NCBI GenBank assembly: GCA_051294375.1
Contig: CM119267.1
Span: 689,601-753,600, forward strand
DNA: 64,000 nucleotides
Reading direction: 5' to 3'
Origin: Paraspadella gotoi
Lineage: Eukaryota; Animalia; Chaetognatha
Below, piece by piece: positions 34,866 to 47,439 of this stretch (positions within the stretch are counted from its first letter, which is position 1; each line of letters begins with the position of its first letter). The position numbers were made by a program, and so were the translations under genes. Under the pieces are notes generated by a model. The model was not told where the DNA came from. It saw only the letters and a list, made by a program, of their open reading frames with translations, and ran no database searches.

Positions 34866-37301
34866 TCCAGCGGGGACGTAAATTTTAGAAGTAACTAACA
34901 TTTTATTAAATAATTATCATAACAATTCGACGAAATATGCTCACAAATCTTTGCGCAAAATTTAAAACGATTAAATTAATATTATTTTTTCCTTCTCTTT
35001 ATTTCTTTGTTATTTCCCTAGCGGAACTATCTGAAAACAAAAGGCTCTTTAATTGTTTGATTGAAAAAAATAGAACTTAAACACTTAAGATTTTAGATAC
35101 TAAAATATTACAGTAGCGGCAGTTTAGCTGACATCTGGAAAAACCCCCATTATGTTCGTCAGGCAATATGCCTCTTAGAGATGTCAAATTTGGTACGACG
35201 TTGTTCTTCCATTCCTATCTGACATTATGATTATCTTCAGCTGTCCTCAAACTCCTCATCTCTAATATCTGTCATCTCTAAAATTCTTTACTTTACTTTT
35301 ATATCTTTCTCTTTCTTTTACTCTCTCTTTCTCTCTCACTCTCTCTTTCTCTTAAAAATTTTTTTTACAAACTACATATTTTACTCTGATAAAGTCTCGC
35401 AATTGAAAATAAAACTTGTCCATTTTAAATAAATCGTTTGAAAACAAAAAGAATTCGATTTTTCTGCCTTTACCATGAGAAATAAATATTAAGTAATTGA
35501 AAAATTTGGGGACCTAGTGTCTTTTTACTGTTCGAGTCACTTTCTCGTGACTTTCTTTCGGCCAAAAATCTCATCACTTGTTATTCGATCATAATCGTTT
35601 CTCAGTAAAAGATCGGCCTATCAAACTAGTTTTTACGGAATCCAATGATTTTTTAAACAGATTTATTGAAGACGACGACGACGAATACATTTATTTCGCC
35701 ATTCATTTATTCTTTATTAAAATAAACTTATTCATGATTTATTTGTCATTTATTTGACATTACGTTATTTGAGATTTGGAAATCCTTGCTCAATGTTCAT
35801 CTTATGGCCGACGTATCAAACGCGCGACCCTCGAAGCATCGAAAATAATAAACATTTTTTACAGAGAAAACTATGGTTCCTGACAGTCGATACGTTTCCT
35901 GAATTTGATTCTTCACGAATGATATATTTCACCTAATTTTGGTTAAAAGAAATCTCAAACTTGAAAAGCGGCTAGAATTGGCCACATAAGGTCACGTAAA
36001 AAGACTGACCAGAATGTGAGCCAATATTTATCACTCCCGTCGTTAATATACAAAAAATATTAAATATAAGAGGTATCACATGTACAGGAGATAATTATTT
36101 AGTATTAAGCAATTAGTGGTAGGATTTTCATTATTTTTTTGCCAATATTTCGATTCTAATCAACAAATCATTTTTCAGGGCAGTCCAGAGTGCCTTAAGA
36201 ATAAGAATCTAAATATTGTCAAAAAAATAATAAAAATGCACTTATAAATCCCACTACAAATTGCTTAATACAAAATTAAATCTTGTGCAAATTTTGTCAA
36301 CGATTTTCAAAGACATTTAAAACTTTTTTTTAAATCCCGGACTCGCGCAGCAATATGTAGTTTTTATTACAAAAAATTTGGTTGATTTTCTATGTAAGCG
36401 AGATCAGTGGTGAACAGAGCTCTCCAAATATTGGGAAAAGATAAAATCATGACTTAATCCACAAAATCTTATATTTTTGAAGTCACAAATCATGAATAAC
36501 GTGGGCAATGTGGTTTGGAGCCTATTAAAACATTCCAAGTGGGCGACATCGAATGCTTGTCTCTGAAGGTGTGAAACAAAAACCCCTTACAGAGAGAAAG
36601 TTAGTTTATATTATGTTATGTTAAGTTTGTTTATGTAGTTCATACTGTTTTTGAAGGTAAGAAAATTGAAAGACTGTATTTTAAAGTTCGATATGCACGT
36701 GATTCTTTCTTTTCCTTTCCCAAAAACTTTCAGATTTGTTTAAAGCAGAATTATAAAAAAAAATTACTTTGACAAAGATACAGATAGAAAACATTTTAAA
36801 TGATTGCCTTGGTTAATGTTCTTGATTGTATGACATTATGCTATAATTCTCTTGTTATCAATAACATTTGATAAAAATTTGTTGTGAGGTCAGGTCAAGT
36901 TGGTCCGGGTGTTGATAAAAGTGGATCAGGAGAGAGCTCCCCTTACTTCTTTTCTACTTCTATTACATCGTCACAATTCTTCACCTTCTTCCTATTTTTA
37001 TTCCTTCTATTTTCTTCTTATTCTTCTTTACTTGGAGTTAGGTAATTAGTATATTTAGATAATAATTATTTTATAAAAGTGGGTAATTTAAAGTATTGTT
37101 TGCTAATATAGATTACTTTGAACGAGTTTAGCATTAAATATTGCCATTATTTTTTTTCAATTTTAGTTTTTTCGACCTAATTTGCATATTACAGTATATT
37201 TATTCCGATGGCGCAAAGATTAGGAAAATTTCATTGGGCTAAATGGCGCTTAAAAATCTAGTAATTATACTACTACGTCATTTAAAAACGTCCCCGCTGG
37301 G
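34866..37301. mobile_element. Putative non-autonomous TIR element (EnSpm/CMC-like CCCAGC ends)
   Basis: at|TCCAGCGGGGACGT ... ACGTCCCCGCTGGG|at, i.e. a 13-bp perfect TIR core with 2-bp AT flanks. Confidence 0.45.
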
Positions 37302-38233
37302 ATAATAAATAAAATAGTAGTATTTTAAGTATTGCTCCTCCCCCTACTTATAGTTTATAAGATTTCTTTAAAAACAAAAGGCGGTGCCAGTAGTCGCTTA
37401 GATTTGATTTTTAACAAATGAGCAACAAACTATAGGCAAGTTATAAACGTTATAGGCAAGTTATAACTTATAATATAAACGTTTTTAACGTAAGTGGGAC
37501 AGACCAACGGACAGATATACCGACGGACCGACCGACCGAAAGGTGACTTTAGACTTCATACTTTTATTAACAACGCATGTGTTGAAAACACTTCGCCGGT
37601 CCAATAGCAAGTCATGTCATGTCTCTTTACATGTAACGATCAATCTACTTGACTTTCAAAAAATCGGAAAATATCGTGGAGTACGAATTTAACTCGATGC
37701 AACCCAAGAAAAATCTCCAGAATATTTTACTATTTTTAAAGCTCACGACGATGAAAACGAATGACCTCGCTGACCTTTCTCTCTTTAGCTTTTTTAAATT
37801 TATTAAAAAGACTTTTGTCAGAATCTGAGTGGTCAAAAATGGTCCTTTGAGATCGCTTAGTTGACTTATTTTATTCTTGCGGTCAATTTTTAAAAGGATT
37901 AATTTCTGATGCGACCAATGGTTCAAAACTTATATGATTTATTGAAGTTTTATATTTTATTATTAACTTAGTGTTGGTTTACGTTTTTTAATTAATATAT
38001 ATACTTAAAAAGTTTCATATTTTTCTAAGAAAATTGTCATCTACAGAAGGATATCTCTCTCTCTTTCTCTCTCCTCGTTCTATCGAGAAACCTCTTTTTT
38101 CATTACAAACATCTTTACTGTTTTTATTACATTTTGCTGATGTAAGTTCCGACTCAACTGTTAACATAAATAATATACTTATATCCTGAACTATTTATGT
38201 GCTCAAATATTTTCAAGAATTTTCAAGAAAGTA

Positions 38234-38930
38234 ATGCGTCTCAAAAAACAATTAAGAAACGTGTTTGGGATTTTTTGCTTTGGAATATTTTTACTGCTTT
38301 ACTTATATCTCAAAGAATCAGGTGAGAGAGAGAGAGATTAACGTTATGCGATACTTTTATTATCATTCTCAACAATCTTCGTTCTGTAGTTTTTCGATAT
38401 CGGATATAATAAGATTATTTGGCCTTATTTTGGCATAAGTATTTTCAAAAAAGAATCAAAATTATTAATTTTACTTTTATTTCATATTTCGAAATAAATT
38501 TAAAAAAATAAAAAACAAAAAGAATGAGAAATTAAGTTTCTTCCTTAAAAATATGATGATAAAATTGTATTTGTTATTTTCTCCTAATGAAATAGTTATT
38601 TTTTCCTTCTCAAGATCCTGACGTCATCTTCCGCCGAAAATCCTCATCATACGTTCGACCCCTGCCCATTTTCTTCCCTTCCTCCTCCTCTTCCTCCTCT
38701 CTTTCTCCCACGGAGTTGAACGACATTCTCTTCACCGTTAAGACTTCCGCTAAATTTCATTCAACTCGGGTTAAATCTCTTCTGGAAACTTGGGTCCCTT
38801 TTGCTCTTGACCAAACAATTCTGGTGACGGACGATGAAGACGAAGAGTTGAGATCGAAGCTCGAAGACGGTCTCGTGGTGGCGGAGAAATGCGGAACCAG
38901 TCACAACAATGCGGTGTGTGNNNNNNNNNN

Positions 38931-38964
<34 letters not shown>

Positions 38965-39632
38965 CATTTAAAAAGTAAAAACGACTTTAACTAAACCTTT
39001 CCACCCTGCGCCTGCCCTTCCAGGATCTCTGCTGCAAAATGGGCGTGGAGTTGGATGTTTTTCTCAGTTTCGTCTCGAAGCGTTGGTGGTGTCACGTGGA
39101 CGACGATACGTACGTCAACGTTCCTGCGATGCTCGATCTCCTGCGAGGCTACGATCACCGACAAGATTGGTATCTCGGAAAACCTTATTACAAAAACTGG
39201 TCCATCCAAGTCTACGACAGATATTCCCCTCGCTACGTAAACCCCGGAAAACAAGAGGCAGAAACAATTCGAGTCTTATTCGGAACGGGTGGCGCCGGAA
39301 TCTGCATCTCACGACCTCTCGCCGAGAAAATGATGGGGATTGCCGGACAAGGAAGGTTCGGTCTCGTTTGCGAAGTCTTGCGTCACGCGGATGATGTAAT
39401 TGTAGGCTACATCGCGGACCGATTACTTCTGACGCCGTTAACCATCGTCAAAAAACTCCACACGAACGAGATGTCGATGACGCATGTAGAGGCGGCGCAC
39501 ATGCGCGAACAGGCGACACTGGGATACCCAAACAGGACTATGAAGCAACTACATTGTTCCATCTTTCCAGAAACGACAGTTTGCGCAAAAAGCTTGATTG
39601 GGGTAACTTTTACTTTCGCCGACCGGGGTTAG
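38234..39632 (+). CDS. fng: Fringe-family beta-1,3-N-acetylglucosaminyltransferase (GT31), 3 exons
   Basis: Exons 38234-38321, 38615-38913 and 39024-39632. Type II TM anchor; DILFTVKTSAKFHSTRVKSLLETW; LCCKMGVE; WWCHVDDDTYVN (DxD); YLGKP; FGTGGAGICISRPLAEKM; DDVIVGYI; HCSIFP..C. Confidence 0.9.
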
Positions 39633-39768
39633 GGTTAAGGGTAGTTAGGGTTAAAAGGGTATAGGGTAATTGGGTAATATTCTTTTTCAATTTTTTTTTA
39701 AATAAATATTTTTAAATAGTTTTACAAAAGTCGCCAAAACCACGGTCGGCGAAAGAAAAATTTAGCCC
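39600..39768. mobile_element. MITE overlapping the fringe stop codon
   Basis: ~31-bp imperfect TIRs ggggtaacttttactttcgccgaccggggtt / aaccacggtcggcgaaagaaaaatttagccc; flanks ttgatt/ttgaat; internal ttaggg-like units. Confidence 0.75.
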
Positions 39769-40979
39769 TTGAATTTCTCAAAATTGTCACGCACTAATGA
39801 AATATCGCAATCAATGTAATTCACTTAATCATCCTTGGCTGCGCGATTTCAGGAATACAAAATAAAATTATCCCATCATCACAGATGAATAAAACGCGGA
39901 AACAGAGAAAAGGATTCAGGAAGAGGAAGAAGATTCTGGAATGATTTCGATCCATAATTATTAATATATTTTTTAATACCTCCAGCGATGGCTAAAACAA
40001 CTTTTTTAAGTTAGAGGGAGCCAATTTGAATGCCTCGCATAAAAATATAGCCTTTGGATTTTTCGCGTTGTCTTTCTAATTGTCTTTCTAATTAACGTTA
40101 ACGAATGTTTGCCAGTTCGTAAAGGTTACTGGCTCTTTGGAACTTTCAAGTTTTAAACTAGCTTTGACTTATGCTATACTAATTTTGTTACTGTAGGATC
40201 TTTTATTTATTAAATTAACGAGTCGTTTCGCCACGAAGCTTTTTTAATACCAGATAGCAATATAAAATACAGTAAGCTTTAAAAGGCAAAATAATATAAA
40301 ACAGAAAACAGGTCTCCAGAGAAAAAAGAATTTTAGTTTTGAGTACAAGAGTTCGAGTCACGAACACAACGAATACATATAATAATTATATTGCAACATC
40401 AAAATCTAGTATACTAGCGATTTTAGGCACTACAGGCTTAACAACGTAACTTAGTTTTACAAAGCTAATTGTAAGTTGGAAACTGATATTCACAAAATCA
40501 TCAAAAGGTATACATAACTATACATAGTCGCAGTATGTAACAAAGACTCTTAATATACAACAAATAAAATAAAACTTTGATATTTCAAGTTAAAGTAGAC
40601 AAGTTTAAAGGGAAAAAGTAGCGCAAAAGGGGGAGTATTAGTATTACGACGCCTAAAGGGGGAGTATTAGTATTACGTAGCCTAAATTGAACCAAAAGCA
40701 AAAATAAAATGTCTAACTAGTAATTTTATTATTACTAGTTTTATGTTAAGAATTTTCGTTTTGAAGTTTAGCTAAACAAAAGTATTAGTCAAAAGTGGGA
40801 ACAATTCTTAAAAAGAAATCTAAATTTAAAAATAGATCTTTATTCTCTTGTAAAAATCAAGTCATTCAAATGGTCATGGAAATTAGAAGAGCAATAAAAG
40901 AAAAAAATACATTGGTAATTAGCTAATTGTCTTTCATCTTTATCTTCGCATCGTGATTTAACTAAAAAGATAATACATA

Positions 40980-41621
40980 CAGAAGGCTTCATATTATAAA
41001 ATGTGGTACCCCTTTTTTGTGACCAGAACACGTTCCGGGAAAACTACTGAATAGAATCTAATGAAATTTTGCATGCGGAGTACCAGTAGTGATACAAATG
41101 GAACTATCGAGGCGAATTTTTACATTCCACCCTTAAGCTGAGATAAGGGGCCCTGAGGGGGTTTTAAACAGTTGCACAGACGTTTACTCTTCCACAAAAA
41201 CGTATTTATTACCTCAAAAATATTCATTTACCTTAATTTTTAGCTTCATGAACATCAGCAGTTAAAGTCAGATTTGGAATAATTTGGGAAAATTAGAAGT
41301 AAAGCGATGAACCATGCATCTTCAACCATGCTTAATTATTGCAAATTTATCAATTTTAGTTCTAAAATGTTTTTTCTTATGTTTAAAACGTCAATGCACC
41401 TGATGCTACTTTTTGGCATTTTTTGGCCCCCCAGGGGTCCACCCCCAGGGCCCTGTATCTCTTGTCAGGGGTTGAATATCAAAATTCGCCTCGATAGTTC
41501 CATTTATATAGTCATTAGCACTCTAAATGTAAAATTTCATTAAATTCGATTAGGTAGTTTGGTGGGAACAGATTCTGGTCACAAAAAACGGGTACTACAC
41601 TTTATAATATGAAGCCTTCTG
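40980..41621. mobile_element. MITE with TA TSD and ~50-bp TIRs (Tc1/mariner-like)
   Basis: ta|CAGAAGGCTTCATATTATAAA...GTGACCAGAA ... TTCTGGTCAC...TTTATAATATGAAGCCTTCTG|ta. Confidence 0.85.
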
Positions 41622-42179
41622 TAATTAATAGATAATAATAAAGAAAACAGTCAAGGGGCCCACGAAAAGATTAACTTTTAATCATTCAAAAAATAACCAC
41701 AAGAAAAAACATACCACAGTAGTCAAGTAGTCAGAACGAGCTCTAAGAAATTGTCATCAGTAATGCTCCCAATTATACAATTTATAATTTGACTTCTTTA
41801 ACTAAGGGAAACGGAATAAAAACTTTTAAAAAAAAGCTGTTTAATGTTAATATTTTCATAATGGAGTAATACAGTGCTGGAAACAAAACATTATAATTGC
41901 CAAATATTTCGACATGAGTCTATGTTTATATTTTATCTCCAGCACTATATTACTACATTATGAAAATATTAATATTAAACATTTTATAACGGCTTGCGAT
42001 GACGTTGAAACATTTTTAAAAAAAGTTTTTCATATAAAAATCTTAACGAAAAAACGAAAAAAAAAATGTTCGCAACATTTTTTAAAAGAGATTCGATGAA
42101 ACTAGAATTGTTTATCGCCTCCCTCGGGATCTCCACCCCTCCAGATTCCATTTACTGTCCCCCTGGACCACCATCTCTC

Positions 42180-42404
42180 TCATCCGCGATAATCCTCGCA
42201 ATTTGGCCAACAGGCGGAAAGAGCCAAAAACTTGACGACGAAGAAAATGATGCAGAAGATGATGGAGACGACGATGGCGGCGACGGCCACTTTCTTGGCA
42301 GACTCGCCCTTGCGACGGGCCTCTTCGATCTGAGAGAGAAATGGGAGGATTAGGCAAATGTCTCGCTCGCGCTCTCTCTCTCTATCTCGTCTCATCTCTC
42401 CTCG

Positions 42405-42438
<34 letters not shown>

Positions 42439-42550
42439 TGGCAGACTCGCCCTTGCGACGGGCCTCTTCGATCTGAGAGAGAAATGGGAGGATTAGGCAA
42501 ATGTCTCGCTCTCTTTCTTTCTCTCTCTCTCTCTCTCTCTCCCTCTCTCT

Positions 42551-42593
<43 letters not shown>

Positions 42594-44775
42594 TCTCCAT
42601 TGTTGTAGCTGCTGTCGGATGTGAGTGACAAGACGAGGGCAACGAGTCCAAGGCAGCAAGCATTGCAACAGATGCAGGCAAAGATGGAGAGGCCGAGATT
42701 GTTGGGCGGCTTGGGCGCACCGGGAGATAGGATGCCGGGTTGGGTCTGGATGACCACTTGGGTCTGCGCCACCGGGGCGTAGCCTGAGCGGAGGAGGGGA
42801 AAGTTAAAAATAATTTAGAATTTAATGTTTAAGAAACAGATTTAGATTTAGAACAGCAGAGAACGTAATGGAAGAACATTGTAGAACAGAATTGGAACAA
42901 CACGAAAAGTTCAATGTTATCCTATTTACAGCTAATTACAAAACAAAACAAAACAAAACAACACGAAAATTAACTTCAAAAATATAATATAGGGTAGTGC
43001 GGGGTAATTGGGAACTCTTTTGTAAGTAATCAAATTTTTGGCATAGTAAATATATTTGAAAAAAAAAAAATTCTTGTGATATATCTAGGAAAGTGTCCCC
43101 GACTCCCCGCTACAGATTGATGAAGTTATGGCAACAGCCGGGTTGCATGTGATGCCCATTGGGATGGGCATCTCACTGTTGGCTTTGGGGCTTCCGACCC
43201 TCAGAGACGCCTCCAGTCACTGGCGCGGTTATAAGGAAGGAACTTTTGATACAACCAAGAATGAGATTGAGTTCATCAATCTCATTTTCATATTGTCGTA
43301 TTGACATTGACTTGTCATAAATTCTGTTCCTGTCTCATTTCATGTTCTCATTTCACGAATTCACTTTTGTCATTAGTGTAGCTATTGATGATAATAATTG
43401 ATTAGAGAGTTTGGGACATTTATTAATAATAATTATCAATTAAACTAACTATAAATATTCTTATTGGAACCCACTCTTAGGTATTTCAATTATTGTTTAA
43501 ACTTCAGGATGAATTCTATGCTTTGACTTGGAACAGAGTTGGCTTCCAATATGGCAGTCCCATTGGGTTAGCGAATTATGTTAGAAGCATTATATATATT
43601 GTTTATTAAAAATACTCTTTCTTTCCTCCATAGGGTATCTATGCATTACTTTACTTCTCTTAAGCTAGCTATATGCTTCAAGCATGCAGTATTCTACCAC
43701 AGCAAGTTAGCATCTCTTATTCTACAAGTAAGTTAATGGTATGTTTATTGGGAATACTACTAGAGCTAAGTTTACTGTTATTTTAGGACCAAATAGCTCG
43801 CTTACATTGGTGCATATAGGCCGGTTTTTAAGGTAAACCCTTTTTAGAAATTTACCTGAGCTTCCTCTTATCTTGCTAGCTTATACCTTTAATACTTTAA
43901 CTTAAATTATTAGGATTAGTTTAGGCCTATACCTTACTCATTTATGCATCTGCAACTCAACTTTTAATATATTTAAACAATTTATTCTATTTTCCTAACC
44001 GTTCTCCCGGTCCTGGACAGCAGTATTCTTGGAGAAATGGTGGCAGCTTGATTACTGCAACTTCAATCCACAATTGAAGTGTCACAATTTTGGCCAATAT
44101 TTCAACTTTCTTGTCCTTCACTACTTTCAGGCCAAGCAGTGTTTGTGTGCCTTAGCCCCAATCAACTACAACTTCAACTACTTCGCTTCACTTCGTTTAA
44201 ATCGGATTTCTTCAACTACATTTACCTGACATAAGGCTTTGGGACAAGATCCGATTTACCCCGCACTACAAGTTTAAGACTTACTTTGTCACTTCAAATG
44301 ATGATATAAGCATTTTATGATACATACCCGTCTCATCTGCTAGACACAAACATATGGCATAAATTATCATTTAAAAATATAAATAAAAGAAACCGAGACT
44401 GACCGACGGACCGGAACGACGGACAGTAAATTAGATATGATAAAACTGCGAAAAGAATGATTATTGATTAGGAACGTTTCCTCTTAAAGCGATACTCAGC
44501 GATTACTCACCCTGTGGATAAACAGAAGGCTGCGCCGCGGTCGTCGGCGGGTAAGAAGGATACCCAGTCGCGGACATGTCCGCCCCGGGTGGGGGCGGGG
44601 GCGGATAACCCGCGGTAGGGTAAGGAGCTTGGGCATAGCTGGTCGGTGGGTAGGGCTGCGGCTGCGGCGGGAAGCCCTGCTGCGGATATCCCCCTGCTCC
44701 TTCGTAGGAAGGAGGGGCATAGGGCGGCGGGGCTACGGTCGGAGCTGATGGATCCATTTTATATTTTTCTTCCAT
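42180..44775 (-). CDS. CD225/dispanin family membrane protein (PRRT1/IFITM-like) with Pro/Tyr-rich N-terminus, 3 exons
   Basis: Exons 44775-44511, 42783-42593 and 42329-42180. PPNNLGLSIFACICCNACCLGLVALVLS...YNNGDIEEARRKGESAKKVAVAAIVVSIIF is the CD225 signature. PPPY/PPSY motifs at the N-terminus. Confidence 0.9.
42992..44270. mobile_element. Non-autonomous TIR element in CD225 intron 1
   Basis: GTAGTGCGGGGTAATT at 42994 and ATTTACCCCGCACTAC at 44254-44269. Confidence 0.55.
43129..43230. repeat. Dispersed structured ~100-bp repeat (second copy 60274-60377)
   Basis: tggcaacagccgggttgc..gtgatgcccattgggatgggcatctc...ccagtcactggcgcggtta is shared by both loci. Confidence 0.85.
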
Positions 44776-44989
44776 TTTTTTTTATTCTTTTGATTATTTT
44801 TTTTTATTTTATTTCAAAGTTCAAATAACCAAAAAATAGTTTAATAGAGATTCTAAAAAGTAACTTAAAAAAAAATCAATTTATAAAATAGATACGAGAC
44901 AATCCTTAAAATAGATACGAGACAATCATCAAAATAGATGCGGGACAATTATCAAGGATTCTTAGGGGAAAACGAATCCTTTTATTGTA

Positions 44990-45791
44990 GAGAAGACTTC
45001 ATATTAGAAAATTATACGCGGTTTTTTCGAGGCGAGACTCGGTAAAATTTGGCATAAGGATAGACGTTGCCTATACAAATGGAACTATCGAGGGGATTTT
45101 TGACCCCAAAGAGGAGATAGAGGGCCCCGCGGTTGAACCCCAGGGGGCGAAAAAAGCCTAATTTTTTTATTAATTCAGTTGCATTGATGTCGTAACCACA
45201 TGAAAAATGTAATTTTGTTAAATAGTCGTTGTTTGAAGATACATGGTTCATAATTTTACTTCAAATTAAATTTCTATATATTCCAAATCTGGCATAAACC
45301 GCTGAAGTTTATGAATATAAAAATTACGGTTATCTTATTTTTTGTTAGTAATAAATACTTAACTAAACTTAACTAAAAATTTTAAAAATTTCCAAAAAAA
45401 ACCCCCATGTGGGCCCAAATCTCGGCTTAGAGATCAAATATTGAAATTCTCCTCAATAGTTCTATTTGTATTAAGCATGATATGTACAAAATTTCAACAT
45501 ATCAACGAAGGAAGTAGGCGTGGTTTATGACGGAGAAAAAAAAACGATGGTTTAAAATAAAATGTAAATAGTTCATGAACTTGGGAATTTTGATGTTAGT
45601 TTCTTGAGGGTAAGTTGAAGACTGCCTCGTTTCTTCTCTCATCTCTCTCCTGTCGATTCTGTGAGGGAAGCCTCCTCTATGATTGGTCAAGAGAGAAGAA
45701 AGGGCAGAAAAGGCAAACGAGACAAACGAGACAAGCGAGACAAGCAACGGCTCAAAAAACGTCATATCATTTTCTAATATGAAGCCTTCTG
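44990..45791. mobile_element. MITE of the same family as 40980-41621
   Basis: agaagacttcatattagaaa ... tttctaatatgaagccttctg, with shared internal atggaactatcgagg motif. Confidence 0.7.
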
Positions 45792-47439
45792 AAACGTAAA
45801 ATCAAATAACCGAGACTTTTTGAGATTCCAAAAATTGAGCGTTTGGAGAAACAAAATTAAATAAAATCTAAAAAAAAAGATAATAATGACAAAAAAAATC
45901 AATCATGGATATAACAATGAAAAAATTTGACATCGATTAAATTAAATAAAATAAAATTAAAATTTTAAGTTCTTGATGATATCCTTTAAGAAAAAGGGTC
46001 ATTCAAATCAACTTGAAAATAGGCCAAAATGGATTTAAAAAAGCTGAGCTCCTGGCGATTCCGAAAATTTATTCACTTTAAACATTTTATGCATTCTTTG
46101 CCATTTTACATTTTATTTGGATATTTTAATATGATACAATCATATCATCATACAATCAAATTTTGGTAAAATTTTTATTTAAACTAAAAGTAGGAGCTGA
46201 CGTCGTTCTTAGAGATCGAAGAAGATTTTTTTAATGGAGTTCAAATCTGACTACCAAACAATATAAACGCTCATGAGAAAAATTCTGGTAAAAAATAGAT
46301 GTAAAAACACTCGATTCTGATCCTGTTGCATCTGAAGGGCTCGCATTTTTTTTCTCTTGTCAAATAACCATCATTTTGACATCAAATTATCAGATTCAAA
46401 TGGACTGGTTCGCTAGGGAAAATATTTTCGACGCAATTTTTATATATAAAATAAAGGGATTTCTCAACTTCAATACAATGTAAACGCATTTAACATATGT
46501 TGTGATTTTACAATAAACTTCGAATTCAGGAATCTGATAGCCATATGTCTGAAAGGCTCTTAAAATTTTTCTTTACATTTTATTTAGTTATTTTAATATG
46601 ATACGATCATGGTAAAGTAAATTAGTCCATTTTGGTAAAATTTTTATTTAAAGTAAAAGTGCTAACGATCGGAATACTAAGAGTTTTTAACCGGGAGTCA
46701 AATTCGGGAAAAATATTCTATGGCGAAAATCTTCCAAAGAATGGGTAGATTTTCCGAAGATTTTGGTTAATATTTTTTATATTTATGATCGGAATTTTTT
46801 AAAACTTAACAATAGCAATATTGCCATCATTCTACATTGGCCAGTAAAAAAATATATTAAAAAAACCTCTGGCTTTTTTCATCAGAGCTTAGTCCTACTA
46901 AAAGTAAAAGAGGAGCTAATGATTGGAATTCTAAGAGTTTTCTACCGGTAGATTTTGGTTATTATTTTCTATATTCATGGTCGGATTTATTTGAAACTTA
47001 ACAATAGCAATATTGCCATCATTCTACATTAGCCGATATAAAAATATATTAAAAAAACCTCTGGCTTTTTTCGTCAGAGTTTAGTCCTACCTAACCTTAA
47101 CCCTAACAACGCGTGAACTTTAATGTATAATTTAAACCCATATTAAATGGCGTACGATGCATCAAATGTTTACATTTTCGGAATCGACAGGAGGTCAGCT
47201 TTCTAAATTTGAACGTCATTTTTACCCATTTTAAAATTAATATGAATTACCCTTTAATCTTCACGAATGTTTTTTAAAATATAACGGTGTTTAAACAAAA
47301 CAAAAAAAAACAACCTATCAATGTCCAGGAAAATTATTTTTTAACATTTTCCAATTTGAAGATTGCGCGGAAAGGATGTCGACGATAACGCATGGCAATG
47401 ATAAGAATATTTTAAAATCCCCCCCCCCCAATTTTTCTT

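Noticed and set aside
39628-39668. Interstitial telomere (ttaggg)
   Set aside because: Only two or three imperfect units, inside a MITE.
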